Below, piece after piece: positions 41,401 through 50,336 of a DNA stretch of 64,000 bases. The stretch spans positions 32,001-96,000 of the IMG/VR virus record IMGVR_UViG_3300035181_002074; one strand, 5' to 3'. Both the position numbers and the translations under genes were made by a program. The notes beneath the pieces are model-generated. The model saw only the letters and a program-made list of their open reading frames with translations. It was not told where the DNA came from and did not search any database. Position 1 is the stretch's first letter. Each line of letters opens with the position of its first letter. This stretch comes from a virus.

Positions 41401-41985
41401 AATGCCATCGCGGCTTCCCATCAGGGTTTTGCCGATCATCCCAACCATACAGCTCGAACCAACGGTAATTTTACCTTTTAATGGAGCTAAATCTTCTAGT
41501 GTTGCTACCGGTTTAGACTCACCAAAATGAACGATTGCTCTTTCATTCATTTTTGGAGTTAAGCGACACATATGCTGATACGCATCGTAATCCTTAAAAT
41601 GTACGGTTAAGTGAAAATAAAATTCTGTAGCTTTCTTTTCAATCTCATTTAACACTTTTTCTTCGTTTAGTTTAGCCCATGGATCTTTCAGTCTTGACTT
41701 AAATCTAGGGTCGCGAGATCTCCATGCATTTAGGTAAGCTTGTCTTATTTGATCAACAAATGGATGAGCTAGATATAATTCAATACCAATAATCGGCTTC
41801 AGCCCGTGCTTTGGAGCTTCAGTGTACAGCTTCATCGCAGAGTTTACATTGCCATGTTCAGTTAAAGTTAAATGAGTCGCACCCAATTCAGCGGTACGTT
41901 TGCATAACTGATCAATTGTGGCTGCACCGTCAAGACTATCCTGACTATGTTGATGAACATTCAATAACTGTCTGAAATCACACAT
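38410..41985 (-). CDS. dnaE: DNA polymerase III alpha (family C)
   Basis: PHP HQHS..S.DG/TEHG; RGSGGGSL; PDLDID; KFDFLGL; YSFNKSHA..Y. Confidence 0.95.
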   Translation of the reverse strand: MCDFRQLLNVHQHSQDSLDGAATIDQLCKRTAELGATHLTLTEHGNVNSAMKLYTEAPKHGLKPIIGIELYLAHPFVDQIRQAYLNAWRSRDPRFKSRLKDPWAKLNEEKVLNEIEKKATEFYFHLTVHFKDYDAYQHMCRLTPKMNERAIVHFGESKPVATLEDLAPLKGKITVGSSCMVGMIGKTLMGSRDGILAPNPALAEEYYLMLRELSGKDDFFIEIFPHTITHDWVRPVYEPDGVTRKAGTGIFKPNECSGMYPDGDMQKYINNFMVSMGNKYGDKILVSLDSHYATKSQKVIQDLRLSNGDEAWKFYNDYSIVTSQEAFETLNKQIGVDEKTFTQWVENSYEWGSKFNDFKMPTNKDRWLLEIADPTWMQDLKAKIDVYGRMQWDNPAMVERLKKEIDVLTNNGINLMPYFFVVEDVANFCRNNDILINLRGSGGGSLLVYLLGVSAINPLKHNLSFERFMTPGRIISKSMPDLDIDISDQDAVFKYLEQKYGDKFARISTDQLLRLKSAIKDAERYIHGEVRKPTEILTKSLPMTPQGVNDYEYVFGYEDEAGISHRGIFEQNEQLREYAKRNPDVWAIVKEALGIQRNRGVHACGTIIAPVPIQDVMPISVTNGTRVTGFSPKSVELAGGIKFDFLGLNTLKDIQSCLKSIKSELGITLDPFNLPDDKECWNMFSIGKTETVFQFDTPTVRPLLIDIKPTDLDGTAGVTALGRPGTLDSKGEDGRTLAEIFVARAKGEPMSYIHGDLEHILKETFGIQLYQEQTLQIFRDIGGLSYEEAEEVRRAISKKDEKVLLDCSLRLKQQCLKRGWTTAQSDLLMQQIMASSKYSFNKSHAISYSYTAYACMYLKTRYPLHWWKAILSNASKDELASKFWRYVCDFTDLPSVNNSSDEFQIIGDRLVAPFSIIKGLGEKTYDHIISNAPYKDFEHFVQSTQSKGANGRSPVTEEIVRKMIVSGLLDSLLPAEMTLVEKLDLFEDLLSKIKVRKKESVPEKYIGLGDLGRYMIKKQLIQIYSQDLRPTVLPNRGGKHYNKNGYSWWQWKWADESNTYYHGHSEQMVDIIDGSKFEIFKSQAEAGAFTKPRTIGMVAYVIDEKVKDYANKSKTRNELSLDAGGLFYQETLWPNYGEFKADSGYKGLICVVLYTAVEKKDKTGQFNGYGLRFRKIVPLITKAQLKTLDMV

Positions 41986-42195
41986 TTATTCACCCATCGC
42001 GGTTTTGAGTTTTTTAATTGCTTTCTTATATGTCATATCTAATGTCTCCGTCGTCATGTGCATAACTTTACAAATCACCGTATCTGGCACCCCATCTGGA
42101 TATGCTTCCATAAGAGTCTTCAAGCTATTATTATACGCCGGTGCATCAATAAAGTCAACCTCATTTTCAATCCGATCATTATTCTTGGTTTTCAT
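41986..42195 (-). CDS. stand-alone sigma region-4-like HTH protein
   Basis: VPDTVICKVMHMTTETLDMTYKKAIKKLK parallels TLEEVG..F.VTRERIRQIE.KALRKLR. Confidence 0.55.
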   Translation of the reverse strand: MKTKNNDRIENEVDFIDAPAYNNSLKTLMEAYPDGVPDTVICKVMHMTTETLDMTYKKAIKKLKTAMGE

Positions 42196-42566
42196 GTCTT
42201 AATCTCGAAAATTTTTAATTTTACTCTTTCTTTTTCTTGTTTCATTAACTCGATCTCTTCTTCTATTTTTGCAATCTCTAGGTTTAGTCCGTTCAGCTTC
42301 AAGTGTAGTACGTTCATGTCATTCGTAATAGAAACAATAGATTTCCTGATCGATTTAGCTTCATTTAACGATACGATTCTTGCTCGCCCAGATAAAAAAT
42401 CCCATGAAGATTGAAGCATTTGTGCGTGAGTATAAGATGATTGCAGCATTGTCTCTACGCTAAATAGCTGATGCTTAATTTTTCGAACATCCGATTCTTT
42501 GGCTTCAATCCTCATCACCAACTGCTCCTCGAAAATATTCGTATAGCTAGGTCTCCACAATCTCAT
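42192..42566 (-). CDS. coiled-coil hypothetical protein
   Basis: Heptad pattern. Confidence 0.55.
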   Translation of the reverse strand: MRLWRPSYTNIFEEQLVMRIEAKESDVRKIKHQLFSVETMLQSSYTHAQMLQSSWDFLSGRARIVSLNEAKSIRKSIVSITNDMNVLHLKLNGLNLEIAKIEEEIELMKQEKERVKLKIFEIKT

Positions 42567-42823
42567 ATACGCTCTCTATGGTCGCATTTTCTGCAAATTA
42601 TCCAAGTAGTACCTCTGCCAGTCGGTAACATAAATACATCCTTCGATCTGCACTCTTTACATGCTGGCGCAGCTACTGCAGTGTGCGTTTGAGTTTTTGG
42701 GGTACCTGCTATCTTCTTTTTAAGTGCAGATAGTTCTTGCTCCAACGCTTTATTAATTTTTCTAAGCTCCGTATTTTCTTTTTCTAAGTCTATTTCGGTC
42801 TTAAATCCACGTTTCCGTGCCAT
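42563..42823 (-). CDS. coiled-coil plus C4 zinc-ribbon protein
   Basis: CKEC...CRKC. Confidence 0.6.
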   Translation of the reverse strand: MARKRGFKTEIDLEKENTELRKINKALEQELSALKKKIAGTPKTQTHTAVAAPACKECRSKDVFMLPTGRGTTWIICRKCDHRERI

Positions 42824-42831
42824 GAAATGTC

Positions 42832-44100
42832 CTAAAACTTTTCCCAAGGTTTGATAATCTTATCAAGCGATTTATCTTGATCAATTGCAGCATTAACTTT
42901 AATGTATCTCATATCGCCTACAGCATGCCCCGGCACCGATTCAAAGATCCACTGACCGCTATTAGACTCGTTGGTTCCGATACTTACTGCAAACGGATCT
43001 GGTGGCGGTAATCCACCATTACCGATTAATACGGTACCATTACTGAGTTGCACAGTGTGGCCAATATGTGTATGTCCGTAAAGGATGGCTGCATATTCTT
43101 CATCATGAGGAAGAGATGCATTCATCTTGTTAACCTGATTTTCTAATGCCTTTACGTTCACAGTCGAATAAATTCCACCGGGATTAATTACTGTATCAGC
43201 ATGGGTATATCCGATACGCATACCAAAAACATTATAACTACTCATGGGTGTTTTAGGGATATTTACCTTTACGTTTTTCACATTAGCTAGTGCCGACTTT
43301 ACTGCGTAATAAATAATCGTAGCATATGAATCGAATTTCTGATGTACCGCTCTATTTTGATGGCGTGACATATTGCGATCATGATTACCAGTCGCACATT
43401 CTACGTCCACTTCCTCATATTCATTAGCCAAAGCAGTGATAGCTTGAATTAATATATGAATTGCACGGCAAATTTGTTCGGATAATACAGCTCCGGTTCG
43501 TGCATCATGCATAGAATTTTCAATAATATCACCGAGTAGAGCTACAACTAGCTTGGTATTCTTGCGGTATTGCGGTTTATAATCGATAGCTTCTCGTACT
43601 ACCGCTGCAACTCGTCTTGATTCTTCTACTTTACCAAAATCTAGTGCTCCTGTTTCATCTTTTTCAATATCAGCCCCAATATGTAGATCAGACAACATCA
43701 AGGTATGGACACGCTTTAGTTCTATTTTCTTCTTCTTTTTCCCACCATTAATTCTACCCTTAAATACATTTTCAGAAAATTGCTGTATATAATCTAAGAT
43801 ATTACCGGCTTCTATAATCTGCTTATTTGACTTATTAACATCTTTTTTAGTTCCAGTTAGGCGTAACTTCTCAATATCACCCATTACCAGTTCTTGAGGA
43901 ATAAATAAATCTTCCAAGTATGGGGCAATTTTTAATGCCTCGTCTTTAAGGTTATTAATTTTTCCGCCAAAATGGTATTTTATAGTCTCAATTGTTAATC
44001 CAAACTTTTGACAGTCCCTTGCGGAAGCCATCTTATTAAGCTTTCTGCATATCTTAATGTATTGATCTGCAACTTCCTGACTTCTTGTTTTTTTACTCAT
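42832..44100 (-). CDS. calcineurin-like metallophosphoesterase/nuclease
   Basis: SDLHIG, GDIIE, GNHD, HAD, GHTH. Confidence 0.85.
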   Translation of the reverse strand: MSKKTRSQEVADQYIKICRKLNKMASARDCQKFGLTIETIKYHFGGKINNLKDEALKIAPYLEDLFIPQELVMGDIEKLRLTGTKKDVNKSNKQIIEAGNILDYIQQFSENVFKGRINGGKKKKKIELKRVHTLMLSDLHIGADIEKDETGALDFGKVEESRRVAAVVREAIDYKPQYRKNTKLVVALLGDIIENSMHDARTGAVLSEQICRAIHILIQAITALANEYEEVDVECATGNHDRNMSRHQNRAVHQKFDSYATIIYYAVKSALANVKNVKVNIPKTPMSSYNVFGMRIGYTHADTVINPGGIYSTVNVKALENQVNKMNASLPHDEEYAAILYGHTHIGHTVQLSNGTVLIGNGGLPPPDPFAVSIGTNESNSGQWIFESVPGHAVGDMRYIKVNAAIDQDKSLDKIIKPWEKF

Positions 44101-44116
44101 TATAACTCTCTTTCAA

Positions 44117-44770
44117 TTAAAGGGACGGTGGCGTTTCTTCATCGCCAGTTATTTTAGCTTCTTTATGTGCGTAGATTTCCTTGATAGTTAGTACCGAATA
44201 AATTCCGGCTTGACTGTCTTTAACGTAGGATACTGATTCCCCAGCTTGTTTTCCTAGTAGATCTTGTTTCAGATCGGAATTGGTCGCTGGTGACCCTAGA
44301 TCAGCTATAACGTATTCAGATAATACACGCGACTTTTCTGGGTTCGTTGTCATAAGTTCGCTGCGTGACAAGATCACTAACGAATCGGCATTCACTGGGT
44401 CGTTTTGCTGTTCAATCACGCCCATCTGAACGAGCGATTGAATCATACGACGCTCTTCTCTATCTTCACCGTCTTGTTTTTTCTTTTGCAATCCTTCAGA
44501 GGTCAGAATCTCACGATCTTCGAGAATTTCTGCCACAGCCCCAACAGTTTTTGCTAATCCGGCAATCGATCCATTGATATCGCGATCTTGTGCCACTAAA
44601 GTCATGATCATTTCAGCAGCTTGCTGCAAAGCAGCCTCAAGCGCTTCTATTCTTTGCGCATTAGCAGTCATTTGCTCAGACAGACTAACGATAAGTGCAA
44701 GACCTTTCTCGTAGTCTGCTGTTTTTTGTTCTGTGGTTTCTAATCTTTCTATTGTTGTCATTCCGCTCAT
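44117..44770 (-). CDS. coiled-coil hypothetical protein
   Basis: GGAG RBS; long ORF. Confidence 0.65.
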   Translation of the reverse strand: MSGMTTIERLETTEQKTADYEKGLALIVSLSEQMTANAQRIEALEAALQQAAEMIMTLVAQDRDINGSIAGLAKTVGAVAEILEDREILTSEGLQKKKQDGEDREERRMIQSLVQMGVIEQQNDPVNADSLVILSRSELMTTNPEKSRVLSEYVIADLGSPATNSDLKQDLLGKQAGESVSYVKDSQAGIYSVLTIKEIYAHKEAKITGDEETPPSL

Positions 44771-44779
44771 AATATTCTC

Positions 44780-45586
44780 CTATTTTTGTTTTAAAGCATC
44801 AAGAACCGCTGATGATAGATTCACTCCACCGACATTGATTCCTGCTTGACTGTTTGGTTGATTCATTACTAGATCTCTAGGCATTACTAATGCGCTTGGA
44901 TTTCCAGCTTGGGCATAATTCCTAGTTGGGTCTTTTTCACTACCGCTTTTGCGAGTACGGGGTGCTGGCTTAGCCTTTGGCTGCTGGGCTGGGGCTATTG
45001 GTTTGGCTACCACAGGCGCTGGCTTAGTGGCAATTCTTGCGCTAGTTGCTGGGGCTTGAACCTGAGTTAAAGCAGGCTTAGTCGCTGGGGCTTGTGATAT
45101 CGGATTAACCGACGGGGTTCTTTCTACCGGCGCCTCAGTTTTTTGTAATAATCTAGCAGCAATTGATTTAAGGGCGTTGGCTTCTTCTAATGTGAATTGA
45201 TCGTACTGCGGAGCCTTAAATTTCTGGGACTCTTCTTTCATGCCCAGTAAAATTTCTAATCTTTCTACGGCAAACGATTTAATTTCTTGCTCTACTTGGT
45301 GCATGATTTCTGGCCTAGCGGAGTTCGGTGAAAACAAACTGTGATTAATCAAAGTTTGATATAAACTAGCTTGCTCGATACGTTTCAAAGCCTCGCTGAT
45401 TACCCCTTCATTATGGGACGTTGGATCTTGCAATTCTTCACCGGTAATGAAAGATTCTAATTGCTCATCCGTGAATTCTTCATCAGATGCTGTGCCATGG
45501 GCATCATAATCATAATCACCCTGATCACCTTCAATCGAATTCTGAATATGTGCAGGCAGTTTTGGTGCCCATTTAATGTTACTCAT
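44780..45586 (-). CDS. hypothetical protein, acidic N-terminus and Pro/Ala-rich C-terminus
   Basis: GGAG RBS and TGG-TATTAT promoter. Confidence 0.65.
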   Translation of the reverse strand: MSNIKWAPKLPAHIQNSIEGDQGDYDYDAHGTASDEEFTDEQLESFITGEELQDPTSHNEGVISEALKRIEQASLYQTLINHSLFSPNSARPEIMHQVEQEIKSFAVERLEILLGMKEESQKFKAPQYDQFTLEEANALKSIAARLLQKTEAPVERTPSVNPISQAPATKPALTQVQAPATSARIATKPAPVVAKPIAPAQQPKAKPAPRTRKSGSEKDPTRNYAQAGNPSALVMPRDLVMNQPNSQAGINVGGVNLSSAVLDALKQK

Positions 45587-45616
45587 AAGTACTCTCCGAA
45601 TGATAATACCATATAA

Positions 45617-46315
45617 TCATCTCCAACGACCTTTACTGGTCTTTTTAAATGAATATGGCCCATCATGACCACGTTTAGCGGCTAAATCTTTGTCGGAAAC
45701 CTTAACCATTGGTTTTTCTGGTATTCCTATTACACCTGAAATATAGGATTGAATACATTGGAAAACTGTAAATGGATCTTTTTGGGTTTGGAATCCAATG
45801 GATTTTAATAACGGGTTCAATGTAATTGCGTACTCGGTATGATCATGTGGATATGCATCTCTATGTGGATATTGCACTAAAATCACTGGACTTTTATGGA
45901 TATGATGTAATTTGGACAATTTATCAAAATCCTTTGTTGCAAAGAAACGCTTAATACTAGCATAAGTACTAAGATCGTGGCGATTATTCCACCAGCTATA
46001 TTTTGATGATGGTATAAAAACTTTATTGGCATTCATGGCATCAATTAGTTTTGATTCCGAATAAAAATAGTGGCCCATAAATATTACAAACGGATACACC
46101 TCACCGCAGAATAATAAAATACGTCCTTTGAGATCATCATCTTTATTCGAATAGTACTCACTGGGCATACTGGTAATAGTTTCGTAAGTATCAATATCGG
46201 CAATCTTAGTGGGACAAGGTAATCTAGATTCGGCACGATTATAGACTATTGTCTTATCAATACCATAAGCAGAAGCAGAATCGTAATAGTCATGCATTTT
46301 TCCAGTAATCAACAT
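45617..46315 (-). CDS. hypothetical phage protein, leaderless
   Basis: ATG 6 nt after the -10 box. Confidence 0.65.
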   Translation of the reverse strand: MLITGKMHDYYDSASAYGIDKTIVYNRAESRLPCPTKIADIDTYETITSMPSEYYSNKDDDLKGRILLFCGEVYPFVIFMGHYFYSESKLIDAMNANKVFIPSSKYSWWNNRHDLSTYASIKRFFATKDFDKLSKLHHIHKSPVILVQYPHRDAYPHDHTEYAITLNPLLKSIGFQTQKDPFTVFQCIQSYISGVIGIPEKPMVKVSDKDLAAKRGHDGPYSFKKTSKGRWR

Positions 46316-46321
46316 AGACAC

Positions 46322-46350
46322 AGTATAGCACGACACGGGTCTGCTGTCAA
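46322..46350 (-). promoter_or_regulatory. sigma70-type promoter TTGACA-N17-TATACT
   Basis: Consensus match. Confidence 0.8.
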
Positions 46351-46356
46351 CCTGAT

Positions 46357-46866
46357 TTATTTAATGGATCTCATCTGTTTGATCAAGTCAGATATAGCAA
46401 TAAATTCCTGATATGTGTATCGATTACCTTTAGCTTGATTACATTCCCAACAGCATGGAACGCAATTTGAATATAAATACCCTTTATCGTTATTCTTCCT
46501 GTCAAGAAAATATCCACGATACCCAAGTTCCCCTCTTTTTGTGGATCGTCTAATCTCAGTGTCGCAATAATGACAATCAGTCATAGTACAAAATGCTATA
46601 AATTCATCATAAGACATGACATCAACCCATCCTTTTCTGCGGTGGGCTCCTAGCATTTGCGTATATGCAGATTGGAATGGTTGTTTCTTTTGTGAACAAG
46701 ATGCACACAACCCAGTGTGTTTTTTATGGTATCCATGTTGCGTAGATATGTCAATCTGACATTTAAGGCAATTAAAATGATGTATAAAATACTTAAGTCC
46801 GGTTTTAGTATATCTAACTTCTTTAAATGTAGCTTTCTTTAAATCTAACATTTTTACAGACCGCAA
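46357..46866 (-). CDS. HNH homing endonuclease
   Basis: CHYC, LDRKNNDKGY...NCVPCC..CN.AKG; abuts the RNR gene. Confidence 0.85.
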   Translation of the reverse strand: MRSVKMLDLKKATFKEVRYTKTGLKYFIHHFNCLKCQIDISTQHGYHKKHTGLCASCSQKKQPFQSAYTQMLGAHRRKGWVDVMSYDEFIAFCTMTDCHYCDTEIRRSTKRGELGYRGYFLDRKNNDKGYLYSNCVPCCWECNQAKGNRYTYQEFIAISDLIKQMRSIK

Positions 46867-48482
46867 ACCCCATTAAGACAGGAATTTTCAACTTCTTCAA
46901 AAACAATTCCTTCTTGAGATAAAGCTTCTGACAAATCTACTCTGGTAAGTGGTTGACCACCTCTCGATCCATCTGGATAGCATGTAAATCCACGCAGTCT
47001 TTTAGCATATTTCAGCAAAATTCTAGAATTCACTTTCAATGTTTCTTCGTTATTGCCTTCACTGCCCCATGGCGGTAAATTACATGTACTGGAAATCGAC
47101 ATATCAACATAATCCTGAACATCTGCCTGAAATTTAACCCGTTGCTTAAAAGTAAGATCATATGCATCTTTAATATCTTCCATTTTGATTCCTTGGGCTA
47201 ATAAGCGTTTAACCGCGCCATCTACAACATATTGATATTTCCATGTATTATCTTTTAAATAGCGGCGCTTATACGCCTTACAGAATAATGGTTCAATGCC
47301 GGTAGTTGTCTCTGCGATAATACCAATAGTGCCGGTTGGTGCTATTGCTCTCACACCTTTCGGGACAGATACTCCCAATTGACGTGCGGTAATAAATGCT
47401 GATGAATCGGATTCATGCTCATAAATGCTAAGCCATTTATGCAATTCGGGGGTAACTTCGTAGTCATATCCACGAGCCATTAACCATTCATGCATACCGC
47501 CCAAACCCAACCCGATACGATTATTTTTATTTCCTATAAGTTTAATTTTTTCAGTTGGAACATCAGAATAAATTCCACCGCAAATTAAAAACTTGGTTGC
47601 GAATTTAACGACAAGAGCTAGTTCATCTTTATCTTTAATGCGATTGATCCATACCGTGCCCAGATTACATTTATCGCTATCATCCTCACTTACTACCTCG
47701 GTACACGCGTTACGTAAGTTTTCATCATCTTTCATAAAATTAAAAGCCATTCCGGGCTCTGCTGTGCTAAATGCTTTTAAGCAGTTTTCCTGCCAAACTT
47801 CTTTAGCTTGCTTGTAATCCGTATGTTTGGAATCTTCCATTGCAATAAAAAAATTCGTATCGTAATCAACAGAAATATTTGTTCCTTCCATTGGAAGTGG
47901 GAAATTAAAATCCTTCTCTTTTAGAGAACGGAGATCGGCTGACCAATCCTTTAATTTAAGGAATTTTGGTATATCGGCATGTGACCAGTTCAATCCTGCC
48001 CAGATAGCAGATCGACGCTGACCCCCTTGCATAATATATCTTCCTGCTTCATTGACCATATTCATAAGAGCTATTGGCCCAGTAGAAGTGCCGCCTGTCC
48101 GTTTAATAATTGAACCTTCTGGTCTAATTAATGAATAATTAACACCAATCCCCCCGCCAGTCATTAAGCCTGCACTGGATTTCTGGAGAATATCTGACCA
48201 TCCTTCACGACTATCTTCCGCTCGGAATAAGAAACAGTTATTAACTTGATGTAGTGGGCGCCCCGATGCATAAAGATATCTTCCACCGGGAATAAATTTA
48301 CGTTCTAGCATAAACTGGTAAATCTGTGCCTGTTCATCCTTAGATAAATATTGACCAGTAACACTGGATACTACACGTTTGCATGTATCTGCCCATGATT
48401 CCTGACCATCCTTAGAATATTTTTGAAGATATATGTCTTGTGAATATTTAGAACCAAATACGTCAAACTCGTCTTTTTTCAT
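46854..48482 (-). CDS. nrdJ: class II (B12-dependent) ribonucleotide reductase
   Basis: PGGR, NNCF, NACTE, CNLG, IAPTGT, C-terminal Cys pair; no beta-subunit gene in the window. Confidence 0.85.
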   Translation of the reverse strand: MKKDEFDVFGSKYSQDIYLQKYSKDGQESWADTCKRVVSSVTGQYLSKDEQAQIYQFMLERKFIPGGRYLYASGRPLHQVNNCFLFRAEDSREGWSDILQKSSAGLMTGGGIGVNYSLIRPEGSIIKRTGGTSTGPIALMNMVNEAGRYIMQGGQRRSAIWAGLNWSHADIPKFLKLKDWSADLRSLKEKDFNFPLPMEGTNISVDYDTNFFIAMEDSKHTDYKQAKEVWQENCLKAFSTAEPGMAFNFMKDDENLRNACTEVVSEDDSDKCNLGTVWINRIKDKDELALVVKFATKFLICGGIYSDVPTEKIKLIGNKNNRIGLGLGGMHEWLMARGYDYEVTPELHKWLSIYEHESDSSAFITARQLGVSVPKGVRAIAPTGTIGIIAETTTGIEPLFCKAYKRRYLKDNTWKYQYVVDGAVKRLLAQGIKMEDIKDAYDLTFKQRVKFQADVQDYVDMSISSTCNLPPWGSEGNNEETLKVNSRILLKYAKRLRGFTCYPDGSRGGQPLTRVDLSEALSQEGIVFEEVENSCLNGVCGL

Positions 48483-48548
48483 AATTATGTTTCCCCTTCG
48501 ATGATGTTGTTTTTCTATTTAATATTACCACGAAAAGTGGTGATGATT

Positions 48549-49142
48549 TTAAAAAATATCGGACAAGTTCAGATCTTTTTTCTTCACTGTAAAACTCTTG
48601 GTAAAGCCATACCAAGCTATGCAGCAGGCGTCAGCGATGTCATTATCTTTTAATAGTAGTTCTAGGCCAAATTTCTCATTCACCCAGTTAACGCTAAGAT
48701 GCTTCCAAGTGATTTTACCTTTGGCAGTTTTACGACTGACTTTTTTATTATGGGCACGTTGCTCTGTACTTAATTTAATTCCAAGGGTTCTGCGCCACAT
48801 AGAAGTATCAACGTAGCTTACCTTGTTTGCAGCACCGTATTCGCGCAACATTTCAAGAACTGCATAATGAACAAATTCCAATTGTTTTTGTGAGGTTCTA
48901 AATGAACCGGTATTCGTTTGCTCAATATAAACATGATCAAACTTAATGATTGCCTCATGAAGAATGATTACCGATTTAATCTGATTAGCTATTTCTTTGG
49001 CACGTAGCAATTGATCATAATCAGGAACTAACTCATAGTTATTGGTACTAGGCGCTTCAATAAATCCATAAATAGGCTTATTATCATCTTCAATAATCGC
49101 CCAACCTGTTTTTGTGGATAAATCGAGCGCCAATACCTTCAT
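48549..49142 (-). CDS. RuvC-like Holliday junction resolvase
   Basis: LALDLSTKTGWA, IE, W+..L, DNDIADA. Confidence 0.85.
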   Translation of the reverse strand: MKVLALDLSTKTGWAIIEDDNKPIYGFIEAPSTNNYELVPDYDQLLRAKEIANQIKSVIILHEAIIKFDHVYIEQTNTGSFRTSQKQLEFVHYAVLEMLREYGAANKVSYVDTSMWRRTLGIKLSTEQRAHNKKVSRKTAKGKITWKHLSVNWVNEKFGLELLLKDNDIADACCIAWYGFTKSFTVKKKDLNLSDIF

Positions 49143-49144
49143 GT

Positions 49145-49444
49145 TTAGGCTAGTTTACCGCGTTCTTTGAGTACTTGAACACTGAGTCCGCGCTTGAGGC
49201 GAATTGCCTTCAGGGGATCGGAATAGGTCTGATTGGCAGTCTTGAGTTCTTCTTTAATGCGTTCCAAGTCAGCATCTGCCTCTTTTGCTGCTTCAATATC
49301 AGCTTGATGGGATGCCATCTGAACTAATTTCTCTTTTAAAGCTTCATCTGACATAGAGTAAACTTCTGATGCGAAGGTAGCATCAACTGCGTTTACTTTA
49401 TCCCATAGAGTCGGTGGACCTTTTTTGCCTTTACCTTTTGCCAT
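49145..49444 (-). CDS. hypothetical helical protein
   Basis: AAGGA RBS. Confidence 0.65.
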   Translation of the reverse strand: MAKGKGKKGPPTLWDKVNAVDATFASEVYSMSDEALKEKLVQMASHQADIEAAKEADADLERIKEELKTANQTYSDPLKAIRLKRGLSVQVLKERGKLA

Positions 49445-49445
49445 A

Positions 49446-49682
49446 TTATTTTCCTTTTCCGTTATTATTTTGAATCAAATCTGATACATTGAATGATGTT
49501 GAAGCACCCACTGGGGTAACCGAAGTAATTCCAGCTGTGTTAGTATATCCAACTGTACTACCGTACAGCATGTCACTTGATATATTGCTTGCCGATCCCC
49601 AAGCAGCACCTCTATGGGTACCATTCAGGGTGAGATATGAAGGGGTCACTGTAAGGTTGTTACCAACCAGTGACCCTACTAA
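49446..49682 (-). CDS. -1 frame extension (78 aa) of 49679..49888
   Basis: Open from the slippery site to 49446; no RBS of its own. Confidence 0.6.
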   Translation of the reverse strand, partial: LVGSLVGNNLTVTPSYLTLNGTHRGAAWGSASNISSDMLYGSTVGYTNTAGITSVTPVGASTSFNVSDLIQNNNGKGK

Positions 49683-49688
49683 AAAGGG
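49643..49688 (-). promoter_or_regulatory. putative -1 programmed ribosomal frameshift signal
   Basis: C CCU UUU heptamer, 5-nt spacer, GGGUCACUG/CAGUGACCC stem. Confidence 0.7.
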
Positions 49689-49888
49689 CGTACAATAACC
49701 TCAATCAACTCAAGGCGATCAACATATTGTTCTGGGATTTGACGAGCTACGAGCATTCCCACTTGTTTTTCATCTTTAGCTAAAAGCGTAGTAGGTTTAG
49801 TTAAGATTGTGGTCTTGCCAGTTGTTTGTCCGTCTTTACCGGCTTTTGGGTGCAATAGAATTGCGTATTCAAATAATTTCATTTTCAT
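49679..49888 (-). CDS. 69-aa protein ending VRPF
   Basis: AAGGA RBS and TGG-TATAAT promoter. Confidence 0.75.
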   Translation of the reverse strand: MKMKLFEYAILLHPKAGKDGQTTGKTTILTKPTTLLAKDEKQVGMLVARQIPEQYVDRLELIEVIVRPF

Positions 49889-49910
49889 AATTTCGTTTCC
49901 TTCTGATCTA

Positions 49911-50336
49911 TTATACCATGTAATTTTGATAATTCGTCCAAAGAGTGTCAATAATGGTCATTTTATTTGAAATCATTGTGCAAGTAGACATTTTCATGAA
50001 TTTACCGACGTTCTTAGTTCGCAGATCATCCATAAACTGGATTAATTCTTGATACCCCATAGAAGACGTCTTAACGCTGGATGGCGGAAATTTATTTTTA
50101 TGAGCCACATAGTTCGCGTAAAACTCGGCTTCATCTCGATCAATGAAAGCTCTGTAAGTAAAAACTTGATTCTCATCCATCTCGTAACATAAAGCGGTTT
50201 TACCGGCAGCTTGTAAAAAAACTAAGTATAATGAGCCATTTTCATGAAGAACGTCGAAATACTCCGTTAAAAGTTCTCTAGACGGTGGAACTTTGATAAA
50301 TTCGTTACGCTTTGATAAAACTGCATTTTCCATCAT
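49911..50336 (-). CDS. hypothetical protein
   Basis: GAGGT RBS. Confidence 0.6.
   Translation of the reverse strand: MMENAVLSKRNEFIKVPPSRELLTEYFDVLHENGSLYLVFLQAAGKTALCYEMDENQVFTYRAFIDRDEAEFYANYVAHKNKFPPSSVKTSSMGYQELIQFMDDLRTKNVGKFMKMSTCTMISNKMTIIDTLWTNYQNYMV

Noticed and set aside
48524-48544. Short palindrome at the RNR promoter as an NrdR box, B12 riboswitch or terminator
   Set aside because: Does not match the NrdR consensus, the leader is too short for a riboswitch, and there is no U-tract.
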